This document shows, one piece after another, positions 17,367-28,514 of a stretch of DNA of 64,000 nucleotides. Position numbers and translations under genes: made by a program. Every line of letters starts with the position of its first letter. Position 1 is the stretch's first letter. The notes below the pieces were generated by a model that worked only from the letters and a program-made list of their open reading frames with translations, was not told where the DNA came from and ran no database searches. The DNA comes from Eledone cirrhosa (Eukaryota). The DNA lies in the NCBI GenBank assembly GCA_964016885.1, contig OZ024745.1:109430001-109494000 (forward strand). Direction: 5' to 3'.

Positions 17367-18076
17367 ACTGGCAGTGCTACCGAGGAGCTTTGCCAGTTTG
17401 GGATAAACTCTACAGGCATGGAAGTGCCATCAGCCGGGCATGTTCGAGATGCGCGCAGGGCGACAAAACCGTCCTGCATGCACTCGTCCAGTGTCTGAGC
17501 ATTACTGACTTGTGGGTTTATGTCGAACACCTGCTGTCGCGTGTAGAACGGATCTGACTATCAGCTGAGTCCATCGTGAGGATTGCCCCGCGCCCTTCCT
17601 TTAGCCTGGAAGAGCAGGCAGTTTTTATCTGTCTGGTGGCCATGGCGAAAGAGATAGTATGGTGGACACGTCTGAAAGGGTTGAAGACGAGCACTTACCT
17701 CTTCAGTGATGCCCTGATTAACTTTTTCAAATTTCATTTGAAAAGGAAAATCAGGGTAGAGAGGGAAGTGCTCTCTTCCCAGCATTTTGTTGAAAGATGG
17801 GTGAGAGAAGCAATTATGGCCCGAGTGAATGGACCTACTCTGAGTATATGCCTGTAAATTGAAGGTGGAAAACTGGGAGAGGGCACTTGCCCTAGTGGTC
17901 AGGGTCACCGTGGCTTTTTTTTTAATGGGCGTTCTCCACGATGGCTCTCGGAAGTCTCCCCCCTATTGGGGAATTTTTCATTGTTCTTTTTTTGTTACAT
18001 CCTCTGTTTTTTTGTTTTTTTCCTGTACTGTCCTTAATGTCTACTTTATGTAAACCCTTGTGGTTAATAAAGAAAG
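17367..18076 (+). mobile_element. L1/Tx1-clade LINE 3' fragment (zf-RVT CCHC knuckle, ORF2 end, 3' UTR)
   Basis: Reads WQCYRGALPVWDKLYRHGSAISRACSRCAQGDKTVLHALVQC, continues into ORF 17576-17857; T-rich UTR ending TGTGGTTAATAAAGAAA. Confidence 0.8.
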
Positions 18077-18116
<40 letters not shown>

Positions 18117-18146
18117 TTTTCTGCTGTTGATATTTAATGTTAACAA

Positions 18147-18177
<31 letters not shown>

Positions 18178-18398
18178 TTCTATTCTTTTTGGAATTATCA
18201 AGCTGGAACACCTCTAGCATTTTTCTTCAACTTAACAGGTTATTCATAGAATTTGTTGAAAATTTCTTTGCCATAATTTCCAATAGTTTTATTATTTATC
18301 TTCAATTCTGAAAGATAATTTATTGGAATAAAATAAAAACAAAATGCATCAACAAATATATTTTAAATGTTTATATATATATATGTAATGAGTGTGTG

Positions 18399-18433
<35 letters not shown>

Positions 18434-18585
18434 ATGTGTGTGTGCATCTGTGTGTGTACGTATATATATATATATATATATATATAATGTGTATGTATAC
18501 TTTAGAAAGCTAAATCCAATTAGCAAAGAAGTATTCAATGAATATGTGATAAGGTTTCTTACCATGAGCCTTTCAGAATGAGAAC

Positions 18586-18625
<40 letters not shown>

Positions 18626-19130
18626 CAACTTCTGGAAGGAATTACTAAGAAAATGAAAGAAAAAAAGGGCCTAAAAAGTAAAGAGGAAAAGTATAGTTTT
18701 ATTTTTATTCATTGCTATACAAAGAAAGAATTTAAAGGAAATAAATATCTTTATTTATGTTTATGTAGTTCTTGTTATTGCTAAGGTTGTAGTGACGGTG
18801 GTGATGGTGGTGGTGATGGTAGTGGTGATGGTGGTTAATGGCTGCTGAGGTGTTAAATAATAAGAGATAAGGAGGAATGTCTGTTTGAGGAGGGAGGAAA
18901 AAGAGGAGGAAGGCGGAAAACAGCTTGCTGTTTTCTAAACCTTATGTAACCCCTCTCCACCTGCTGTTGACAAAAAAGGGGACTTGCTGAAGAAGACTTC
19001 TGGCAATATATTAGACTAAATTAAATCATTGTTTCAAATAGCTACTTATTTTCTGATGACACACTGTATTCTGAGTGTCATAGGTAACCACTTTTGGTAT
19101 GATTTATTAGAATGTTTTATCACACATGTA

Positions 19131-19234
19131 CAAGGTGTCCCCAAAAAATGTATACACACTTTGATTACCTGCACAGGCAATATTTATTAGAATGCTGTTG
19201 AAATGTGTATATATATATATTTTGGGACACCCTG
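19131..19234. mobile_element. Tc1/mariner-type MITE, 104 bp
   Basis: TA|CAAGGTGTCCCCAAAAAATGTATA ... TATATATTTTGGGACACCCTG|TA. Confidence 0.8.
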
Positions 19235-19362
19235 TATGTGTGTGTTTGTGTCTGTTCATGTGCACACGTGTGAAGTGCGTGGTTTACTGGTTAAGGTTTT
19301 CGGGTTATGTTTGTAAGGTTGATAGTTCAATTTATAGGCCAGGTAGAACACTGTGTGTGTAC

Positions 19363-19398
<36 letters not shown>

Positions 19399-19596
19399 TT
19401 ACATATATATATATAAAGTAGTTGTGTAGGTGACATGACAAAAAGCACCCAGTTGCCACTGTAAAGAGAGAGAGAGAGTGAGAGAGAGAGATAGAGATAG
19501 AGAGAGAGAGAGCATATGTAAAGACATGAAGCTTAATGGTTGGAGTTTTGGGCTCATATTTGTGAGGTTGATATTTCAATTTACAGAGCAGGCAAA

Positions 19597-19641
<45 letters not shown>

Positions 19642-20095
19642 AGCAACAAGGGTGTCTTCTTGACGACACTCATTTGTCACAAGATTGCATAGTACAGGTC
19701 CAGCACGCTAGGCCTTCAAGAGAATACACACACTCATGCACACACACACACATATATATATATATTTTGTTTACATTGGATAGTTTACCTAATAGATAGA
19801 TGCAGTCAATCTGATTTCCAGATCTTGATGCAATAAGCGAAAGCACTCAACGTTATGTGTATCTTCCATCAGGTATGTCATATCTCATGATTGGTGCAGG
19901 AATGGAGTTAAATACTTCAATAAACATACAGGAAGGCTGAATTCCAATATCTTCCTTTAATGTTGTACAATTACATAATACATATTTCTATGAACAGCTT
20001 ACATCAAGAACAAGCCGGGTCCACGATTGTAAGCTCAATGCACTTACCACTAAGTCATGTGCCTTCATATATATATTATATATATCATTTTTATT

Positions 20096-20350
20096 TCATC
20101 ATTTTATGTCCGCTTTTCCATGCTTGCAAGGGTGGGACGGGAACTGATTCTGGCTTGATTTCTACAGCTGGATGCCCTTCCTAACACCAACCTCATTTAC
20201 AGTGAGTGCTGGGTGCTTTTTTGCCGTGGCACCTCCACGACCACTTTGTAGTGGAATGATAGGGACCCCAGTCCTATCATCTCATTTCTATGGCTGAGTA
20301 AACTGGAGCAATGTGAAATAAAGTGTCTTGCTCAAGGAAACAACACATCA
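20096..20350 (-). mobile_element. SINE family A, head truncated
   Basis: Reverse complement of the adjacent copy at 20379-20718. Confidence 0.9.
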
Positions 20351-20378
20351 TATATATATACATCATATATATATATAT

Positions 20379-20715
20379 GGAGGCACATGGCTTAGTGTTT
20401 AGAGCATTGGCCTTGCAATCGAAAGGTTGTGAGTTCAATTCTCAGACCGGGTGATGTGTTGTTTCCTTGAGCAAGACACTTTATTTCAAATTGCTCCAAT
20501 TTACTCAGCTGTAGAAATGAGATGATAGAGAATGGGGTGCCTATCATTCCACTACAAAGTGGTCGTGGAGGTGCCACGGAAAAAAACACCCAGCACTCAC
20601 TGTAAATGAAGGTGGTGTTAGGAAGGGCATCCAGCTGTAGAAATCAAGCCAGAATCAGTTCCCGTCCCACCCTTGCAAGCAGGGAAAAGTGGACGTAAAA
20701 TGATGATGATGATGA

Positions 20716-20718
<3 letters not shown>
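20379..20718 (+). mobile_element. SINE family A, full length (tRNA head, core, RTE-type tail, (GAT)n)
   Basis: A-box TGGCTTAGTG, B-box GAGTTCAATTC; tail GGTGTTAGGAAGGGCATCCAGCTGTAGAAA...GGACGTAAAA(TGA)n shared with the RTE 3' end at 32760-32913. Confidence 0.9.
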
Positions 20719-20752
<34 letters not shown>

Positions 20753-20886
20753 CAATGAGTTATTTAATTTGTTGATTATTCAACAAATTTAGTTTATAAC
20801 AGATTAGAAGTACTCAACAGTTTTTCTTCTGGAGTATAATATCAATGATATTAAATAAATGGAAACTATCTTTATAAAACCATATT

Positions 20887-20947
20887 TATTTTATTATATA
20901 TATTTCAAGGGTACCAAAGTTTTGGTACGCGCTCATCAGATAAAATA
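20887..20947 (-). ncRNA. Minimal type-I hammerhead ribozyme motif
   Basis: TATTTTAT-CTGATGA-GCGCGTACCAAAACTTTGGTACCCTT-GAAA-T-ATAT-A-TA^-ATAAAATA; 8-bp stem I. Confidence 0.8.
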
Positions 20948-21063
20948 CAAAAGTTGGTTTACAGATAGTGACATATTCAGACAAGAACTTAATGTTGTAT
21001 TAAATAGAACTCACAACATTAAGTTCTTGTCTGAATATGTCACTATCTGTAAACCAACTTTTG

Positions 21064-21124
21064 TATTTTATCTGATGAGAGCGTACCAAAATGTTGGTAC
21101 CTTTGAAATATATATAATATAATA
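21064..21124 (+). ncRNA. Minimal type-I hammerhead ribozyme motif
   Basis: TATTTTAT-CTGATGA-GAGCGTACCAA-AATG-TTGGTACCTTT-GAAA-T-ATAT-A-TA^-ATATAATA; predicted cut after 21116. Confidence 0.8.
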
Positions 21125-21167
21125 AATATGGTTTTATAAAGATAGTTTCCATTTATTGATATTATTG

Positions 21168-21207
<40 letters not shown>

Positions 21208-21306
21208 TCCAAAAAGTTAAGACCCTCTTCCTGCTATTTCAAGCGTTAACCTAATATATTCCTTTCATATACTGTACCGATTGTGTTGTTATTTCTGTTT
21301 ACCTTT

Positions 21307-21338
<32 letters not shown>

Positions 21339-21399
21339 CGCGCGTGTGTGTGTGTGTGTGTTTATGTGTGTGTGTATTTACATATATATATATATAATA

Positions 21400-21603
21400 A
21401 AGTGGTCATGAAGGAGACCTCAGCCCACACTGTAAAAATGGCTGGTGTTAGGAAGGGCATCCAGGTGTAGAAAACCTGCCAGAAACAGTTCTGTACGAAC
21501 GAGACATGGTCACATGACCAATCTTGCCTCAAGTGGGACAAACCCGTCCAATACATACTAGCATAGAAGATGGACGTTAAACGATGATGATGATGATGAT
21601 GAT
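21400..21603 (+). mobile_element. RTE-type 3' tail fragment
   Basis: GGTGTTAGGAAGGGCATCCAG...TCTTGCCTCAAGTGGGA...GGACGTTAAACG(ATG)n, matching 32740-32913. Confidence 0.8.
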
Positions 21604-22141
21604 TATATAAGTATATGCACATACATGTATGAACTTCCAAACACATTCACATATGTGTATAAATATATCACATGGTAGTTGTTAGTGGAGGGCAGTCTAC
21701 AATATACAACTGTTTCTGCCAGGTGTACAAAGCTCAGCATTACGAAATATGGAGATGTTTACCTAAATAAGATATTTTAGAGTATTCGATCTGAAAGAGA
21801 ATGAAAAATAAAACAAAAGAAAAGATTGTAAAAAAGCAGTTTATAAACATAATGACAGTTTTATGAGATAAACTAACTCTACTAATAAGGTTAAACTGAA
21901 AGGAAACTACATAAAGGAAAGAAAAAAAACGAACAGATAAGACAAAATTGAGATTATAATTTTACAACAGAACTGAAAGATAATGAAAAAAAAAAAGGAA
22001 AGTGAACAGACGAAACAAAAAACGCCATGATAATCTTACAGAATTAGCTAATTTACAGATAAAATGGTATCTAACGGATTTTATTAATGTAGGTAGCTTT
22101 ACTAAAGTCCACCAGAGAAAATTAAATGTATTTAATGTGAT

Positions 22142-22191
<50 letters not shown>

Positions 22192-22406
22192 GTATGGGGT
22201 TAACTGAATAAGGATGTGCAGATCACATTATGCTCTGTCGGTTGTGAAACAGATAAAAAGAAGCGCTCAACGACCTGCATAAATGGTACGAATGGCCGCC
22301 GATTTTTTATATATATATATAAGGAAGGAATTGTGGTAAGGAACCAGATGGACCATAACGAACCAGAGTACTCAATACTTAGGGTAGTAGAGTGGAAAAT
22401 AGGAAA

Positions 22407-22513
22407 AAGTATGACCCCGACGGCAGAGCTCAAGCTGTTTCGACGGCTATTTCTTGACTAAATTAGAATTTTTAGCCTGGTGAATAAATAGCCGAACTTG
22501 TCAAGGGGTACTT
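22407..22513 (-). ncRNA. Type-I hammerhead motif in the Penelope pLTR with U3/A8 variant core
   Basis: AAGTA-CCCC-TTGACAA-G..CGGCTATTT..AAATAGCCG.C-GAAAC..GTC^-GGGG-TCA-TACTT. Confidence 0.7.
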
Positions 22514-23281
22514 CCTTATATGGGAAGATTGTAGTTGTCAAGAGGATTGGTTAAAATTTGTTGTAAACACAAATAAGTCTATCATGGCATTTGGTGGGAG
22601 GTAGGGGTGGCTGAACTTGCCTGTAGAACAATAGGGGAGTGAGTGGAGCCGGTCAAGCGTTGAAAGTGATATGTATACAGCAGATTCTAAGGATAGTGTA
22701 TGAAATGGAGGAGGGAGGTTATAGAATAGGTAATTCGAATGAGAGTAGGAGACAATAAAAGATAATAGAAAGAAATAAAAAAAATATATAAAATTAGAAA
22801 GTGAGAAATGAAGCTATCTTACAATTACAGGTTAATAAGTTGAGAATAGAAAAACATTGTAGAAATGGAGTAGTAACAAAAATGATACAAAATTAAAGGG
22901 GTCTAACACATCTGCTATAAATAGTTAGTAAAACGTATTCGGCCAATTCTATCTTAAAATTACAGGGGTGGGGGAACTGATGCTACATAGGCCCGATGAG
23001 CTGCATCGAGGTACGCGAAAGGGGAAAAGCAGACGAGGAAGAAAATAGGGGGTGGAAGGGAGTGATAGGATGAGACAGGGGGAAGAAGAAGACATAGAGG
23101 AAAAGAAAAGAGATACATCTACCTATGTAAGCTGGGATTTCCCTAACTTATTCGGCAAGTGTGTGTGTGTGGGGGGGGATATCAGCCCTTGTCTATCCAC
23201 CCGGGTCGTTATGGAGTTTGAGGGCGAGGTAAGTCCTACGCAATCTGTGTTTGCATACGGTTACCAGTTCGTCTTTCTTGT

Positions 23282-24546
23282 TTAGGAGTTGGTCCTTCGA
23301 AAACAACATTGTAATGTTTCCTCCGAGCATAAGTTACACGGACGGCGTCCTCCTGTGTAAGAGTTAGCTCTGGACAGTAAGCTCCAAGTGAGATTGTAGG
23401 TTATATTATTATCTTGGAGGGCCCAGATGTAGCCCGAAAGTGTAGTGACATGTCGCCGGACCGGGTTTCGGAAAGTATGTCGGTGATGGTAGAGCCGGGT
23501 CTTGAAGTCACAAGCGGTTAATCCTATATAAGCTTTGTTGGAGGTGTCCGTCCTCACGTTGCACTGGTAGATCACGTTACGTTCTCAGAATTTGTTGTTG
23601 AGGGGGCACGTAGATCTATCAAGGCAGTTACACCTCCTGGTCGGCTCTCCACTGATGTCTAGGTTGTTTCTTCCATAAGGGTTGAGTTTTTTGTTGTTTG
23701 AGGAGACGATGTTTTGTGCGAAGTTAGGTGTGGTGCTGTAGGAGAGTTAGATGGTGTTTTTGTAGATTCTGTTATGGTAGCGGTGTTGTAGTGGGAAGTG
23801 TTTTTCGAGGAGCCTAAAGAAGATTTTTCCGATAGGTGTTGGCACCTCGGCATTATGGGGAGGATTGAACCACGTTACGTTGCGTGAGCGGCGGTGTCGC
23901 CTGCTGGTTCCGTTAAGGGAAGCTGGATAAAAGGAAGTCACTCCGCTTGAGGGCTTGGTTGTAATGAGGCGCATATTCGTCGAATATCTGCTCATTAGCG
24001 GACAAACGAGATATGCGGAGGGAGATGTTTTTAACCAGGTTATTCGTGATGTTTCTAGGATGGTTAGAGCGGCGGTGGATGTAATGCAGGTTGTCGTTTG
24101 GTTTCCTGTATGTGTAGTACAGATCATTTTCGAGGTTAAGGGTAACGTCCAGGAAATTGACTCGGGTTAGGGACGTTTGTGAGGTGATTTTAAATCCCCA
24201 GTCCCGGAAGAAGTTGTTTACGGACCCGGTCTGTACTGCTGGGGTTCTACCCTTTGAGGATGAGGAGCCCATCATCCCGGTACAATCCACATTTCGGTGA
24301 GTTTAAATAGTAGGAATAATCCTATAAGATCTGTGACCTCGGCCGAATCCATCGGGCCCATACTGACGTCGAAGGGGGAGTCTGGAGCTCTCTTTATCTA
24401 CTTGGAGTTGTCGAAAAGTAGGACTGTCTTCCTGGCGTAGAGAATGATATTTCTTTCCTGGTCAGTGATGGGTGTGAGTGTTTCGGCAAAGACCAAGGCG
24501 GCCGTAAGGAACGGTAAGGTAATAGATGCATAGTAACTCTCTATGT
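23282..24546 (-). pseudogene. Disrupted PLE RT/GIY-YIG ORF with several frameshifts and stops
   Basis: Spread over ORF-track pieces 24398-24580, 23913-24290, 23747-24127 and 23282-23575. Confidence 0.9.
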
Positions 24547-24550
24547 GCAT

Positions 24551-24960
24551 AACACTCCCTGAAACATAAGTAATACACATGTAAAATTTGAAAAAGGTCG
24601 GTTGGGTTCTTCTCGAGTTTTAGGGATTCAAACTCACAGACACACACAGACACACAGACAGACATCCTCAGAGAAGTGACCTAGTGGGGACAGTCAGACA
24701 TACAGACAGATATTATAAGGGCGCGACGTTATATGTATGTATCTATCTAAAAAGAGAAAGACTAAGAATTATAGAGAGAGATCGCTAAATCACCTAATGC
24801 GGTCCCTAGGGAATTGAAAATTTAAAATTGTTTTTGCACAGAAAACACTCCCTGAAACATAAGTATTACATGTGTAAAGTTTGAAAACAGTCGGTTGGGT
24901 TCTTTTCGAGTTTTAGGGATTCAAACTCACACACACACAGACAGACATCCTCAGTTTTAT
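24551..24960. repeat. Duplicated unit of about 115 bp (24551-24670 / 24843-24955), possibly the end of a non-autonomous Helitron-like element
   Basis: AACACTCCCTGAAACATAAG...TCAAACTCACA(CAGA)nCATCCTCAG occurs twice, the second followed by TTTTATATATA; a similar end at about 25640-25730. Confidence 0.5.
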
Positions 24961-24963
24961 ATA

Positions 24964-25024
<61 letters not shown>

Positions 25025-25475
25025 TATATATATGAATGAAAAAATGGCGTGCTGTGTTGTTGCAAGTGTGATACATATGAATGGAAATAGAGTGAGTAAT
25101 GGGCCAGTACATCATCAGTGATCTTCTGACTATCATTGGTATTAACGAGAGAGAAAATGCATATAATTCAAAATCTGCAGTTATATTTACATAAAATTTA
25201 TCTTAAATCTTCTAATGTATGCAATGCATTGCATAAATATTTATTATTTAATATTTACACACACACATATAAACACACTGACACATACATGCTCATGAAC
25301 ATACATGCATCATCCTTTAATACCCATTATCGCTGCTACAAAATATACTCACCAGAATGTCAGAATGTATGTAAGATGCAGGCCCTGGGCCCATCTGAGA
25401 GGTCTGTGGCAGTGATTATGTGGTAGCCTTACTAGCAGGGAAAGCAAATGCGAAATGATAACACACACACACATA

Positions 25476-25547
<72 letters not shown>

Positions 25548-25871
25548 CGGTTGAGTCACAATTTCAGTTGAATGAGGATTATCTCCTGTCCCTTAAAACA
25601 ATATTGGTCCAAGTTTGAGGACAACCTATAGTTAAGTCTAAGGACCTTACATGACAAGTTTGAACATGATTGGTTTACTGGTTTTTGAGTGCATTGGTAA
25701 CAAACAAACAGAAAAGCAATTTTATATATATATATATATATATATATGTAGGAGGTGAGTTTTATTGTAGTACAATAAAGCAATGCAGATATCGGATAAG
25801 AAGCACTCTACAGTTTGTAGGACTGGAGTATACATAATATAAGATCAAAAGATGGTTAAAGGAGTTCCATG

Positions 25872-25942
25872 TATTTTATTATGCGCATTTCAAAAACAAA
25901 CATCATCATGCAATAATATTTGTGTTTTCATCAGATAAAACA
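25872..25942 (-). ncRNA. Minimal type-I hammerhead ribozyme motif
   Basis: Exact reverse complement of 26062-26132. Confidence 0.85.
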
Positions 25943-26061
25943 GGAGAACATGATATGAAGGCCAAAAAAACACTTGTGGATAGTGCAGTTGATATGTTGA
26001 TATGTTGATTTAAAACTGCACTATCCACAAGTGTTTTTTTGGCCTTCATATCATGTTCTCC

Positions 26062-26132
26062 TGTTTTATCTGATGAAAACACAAATATTATTGCATGATG
26101 ATGTTTGTTTTTGAAATGCGCATAATAAAATA
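26062..26132 (+). ncRNA. Minimal type-I hammerhead ribozyme motif with palindromic GCGC loop 3
   Basis: TGTTTTAT-CTGATGA-AAACACAAATAT..ATGTTTGTTTTT-GAAA-T-GCGC-A-TA^-ATAAAATA; predicted cut after 26124. Confidence 0.85.
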
Positions 26133-26500
26133 CATGGAACTCCTTTAACCATCTTTTGATCTTATATTATATATATATATATATATATGTATGTATGATC
26201 CCATAACTTCTGATAGAGTCGTAGGGGTTTCTTGGTCATTTTAAGCCTGGCAGAGCCCACTCCTCTCCAGGCCTGAGTACAGCAGATTTCTTCCAGGGAA
26301 AGATAGAAAGTGAGAGAGAGGAAATGAGAAAGAGATATAGAGGAAGAATCGACCCCAGTATTAGACTGGTACTTTTTTTATCAACCTTGAAGGGTTGAAA
26401 GGCGAAGTTGATGTCAGTGGGACTTGAACTCAGCGACCAGCGAGCTGGAATGAATACCATAAAGTATTCTATCTGACATTCTAATGACCCTGCCAATTTA

Positions 26501-26630
26501 CCGTCGAAACAGCTTGAGCTCTGCCGTCGGGGTAAAACAAACATTTTCCTATTACCCACTTTACTACCCTAAGTATTGAGTACTCTGGTGCGTTATGGTC
26601 CACCTGGTTCTTTACCACATTTCCTTCGTT
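26501..26630 (+). mobile_element. Solo 3' piece of the Neptune pLTR (3' half of the hammerhead only)
   Basis: CCGTCGAAACAGCTTGAGCTCTGCCGTCGGGG...GTATTGAGTACTCTGG...TTCCTTCGT(TA)n, reverse complement of 22321-22446. Confidence 0.85.
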
Positions 26631-26631
26631 A

Positions 26632-26677
<46 letters not shown>

Positions 26678-26864
26678 GAAGTTATATTTAATTTGTTGGG
26701 ATACAACAAGCAAATATTTTTATAACTGATATAAAGCACTCAACACATTTTTGGAGTAAAAATACAATATATTAACAAATGGAAACTATCCGGGAGCTTC
26801 CAACCGACATGGTCGCATTCTTTAAGGGTATGTCAATATTTGTTTATAAAACTGATCTATATTA

Positions 26865-26929
26865 TATTTTATCTGATGAAAGCGCACCATAATTTGCTTT
26901 GGTGTCCTTGAAATATGTATAATGAAATA
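26865..26929 (+). ncRNA. Minimal type-I hammerhead ribozyme motif
   Basis: TATTTTAT-CTGATGA-AAGCGCACCA..TGGTGTCCTT-GAAA-T-ATGT-A-TA^-ATGAAATA. Confidence 0.8.
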
Positions 26930-26967
26930 AATTTGGTTTTATAAATAAAGTTTCCATTTGTTACTAT

Positions 26968-27007
<40 letters not shown>

Positions 27008-27134
27008 AAAGTTCTATTTAAATTGTTGGGATACAACAAGCAAATATTTTTATAACTGATATAAAGCACTCAACAAATATTTGGAGTAAAAATACGATAT
27101 TAACAAATGGAAACTATATTTATAAAACCATATT

Positions 27135-27199
27135 TATTTGATTATACATATTTCAAGGACACCAAGTTAAATTATGGTGTGCTTTCATCAGATAAAATA
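27135..27199 (-). ncRNA. Minimal type-I hammerhead ribozyme motif
   Basis: TATTTTAT-CTGATGA-AAGCACACCA..TGGTGTCCTT-GAAA-T-ATGT-A-TA^-ATCAAATA. Confidence 0.75.
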
Positions 27200-27264
27200 T
27201 AGATCAGTTTTATAAATAAATATTGACATACCCTTAAAGAATGCAACCATTACTGTTGGAAGTA

Positions 27265-27295
<31 letters not shown>

Positions 27296-27476
27296 CCCTG
27301 TCAATTCACCTTATATATATATACATATAGGAAAAGAGTCAGGACCTTGATGGCTGAGCTCTGGCCATTTTGACAGCTAGAGAGAGAGACAGCTAGAGAG
27401 AGAGAGATAGATAGAGAGAGAGAGAGACTGGGAGTTACCAGCTTAGTACTCGATACAATATATCTATATAGATACA

Positions 27477-27523
<47 letters not shown>

Positions 27524-28009
27524 CGTGTATGCGTGTGTGTGTATGTGTGTATGTGTGTGTGTGTGTGTGCACATTTGGATGCACTCACACAAAATATTTT
27601 AAAAAAAGAAAGTAAGGAAAAGAAAAGAGAAAAAAAAAAAAACGTCCCATCCTTGCAAGCAGGGAAAAGCGGACGTAAAATGATGATGATGATGATGATG
27701 ATGATTAGGGTGGGAGAAAGAACTCTTCATATATATATCACCACAGAAATTTGCTAAAGGTGGCTCTTGCTTGTACTCACGACAGCAGGGGAACTCTACA
27801 ATTCAATGCCCAGAGAGAGAGAGAGAGAGAGAGAGGGGTAGGGAGGGATCAAGTCAAGTGAACATATAGTAAGCTTGAACCCAATAACTAAAGCTGTTGA
27901 ATCACAATGTTGGGGTGTACTGATGGTGATATGTAATGATAACAGTGTTTGATGACAGGTGTGGTGTTGATGGTGGAGTGGAGATAGCATGGTTCCATGA
28001 CAGGAATCG

Positions 28010-28476
28010 TGGCGGCAGTGGTGGTGGTGGTGGCAGTGGTGGTGGTGGTGATTGTGGTGGTGGTGGTGGTGGCAGTGGTGATTGTGGTGGTGGTGGTGGC
28101 AGTGGTGATTGTGGTGGTGGTGGTGGCAGTGGTGATTGTGGTGGTGGCAGTGGTGATTGTGGTGGTGGCAGTGGTGGTGGTGGTGGTGGTGGTGGTGTGA
28201 TGATGGCAATGATAATGATGATGATGGTGGTGCTGGTGCTGGGGATGGTGGTGGTGGGGCTGATGATGATGATGGTGGTGGTGGTGGTGGTGGTGGTGGT
28301 GGTGGTGATGATGGTGGTGGGGATGATGATAATGATGATGATAGGGGTGGTGATGATGATGCTGGTGGTGGTGGGGGTGGGGGGTGGGGGGCTGATGATG
28401 ACTATGATGATGATGGTAATGATGTTGATGATGAGGAGGAATATGTGTAGGCAGAGAATATAGTGGTTGCCATATC

Positions 28477-28514
<38 letters not shown>

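Larger units (their letters stand above)
20751..21171. mobile_element. Fold-back hammerhead mini-element (Penelope pLTR-like), arms about 20838-20998 / 21013-21171
   Basis: About 160-bp inverted arms with a 14-nt spacer, (TA)n on both sides, one hammerhead motif per arm. Confidence 0.8.
22321..24546 (-). mobile_element. Penelope-like retroelement, Neptune-type, 5'-truncated: RT C-half, GIY-YIG, 3' UTR/pLTR ending at (TA)n
   Basis: - strand motifs IESYYASI, ILYARKTVL, FDVSMGPMDSAEVTDLIGLFLL, GLYRDDGL (24265-24288), VNFLDVTLNL, YIHRRSNHP, VTWFNPP, then VIYQCNV..AYIGLT..FKTRLYHH..CNLCSEE. Confidence 0.92.
25748..26175. mobile_element. Fold-back hammerhead mini-element with 157-bp perfect arms (25834-25990 / 26014-26170)
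   Basis: No arm mismatch found by eye; 23-nt spacer containing GATATGTT twice; (TA)n flanks. Confidence 0.85.
26674..27263. mobile_element. Nested and inverted cluster of hammerhead mini-elements, same family as 20751-21171
   Basis: 3'-end piece (-) 26674-26790, + unit about 26795-26970, (TA)n, full - unit 27005-27263. Confidence 0.8.

Noticed and set aside
20379-20450. tRNA gene-like A and B boxes in SINE heads
   Set aside because: No complete cloverleaf; the sequence runs on into the SINE core
22990-23040. CCGATGA..GC-GAAA hammerhead-like string on the + strand
   Set aside because: U4 altered, no UH site or stem I, and antisense to the element
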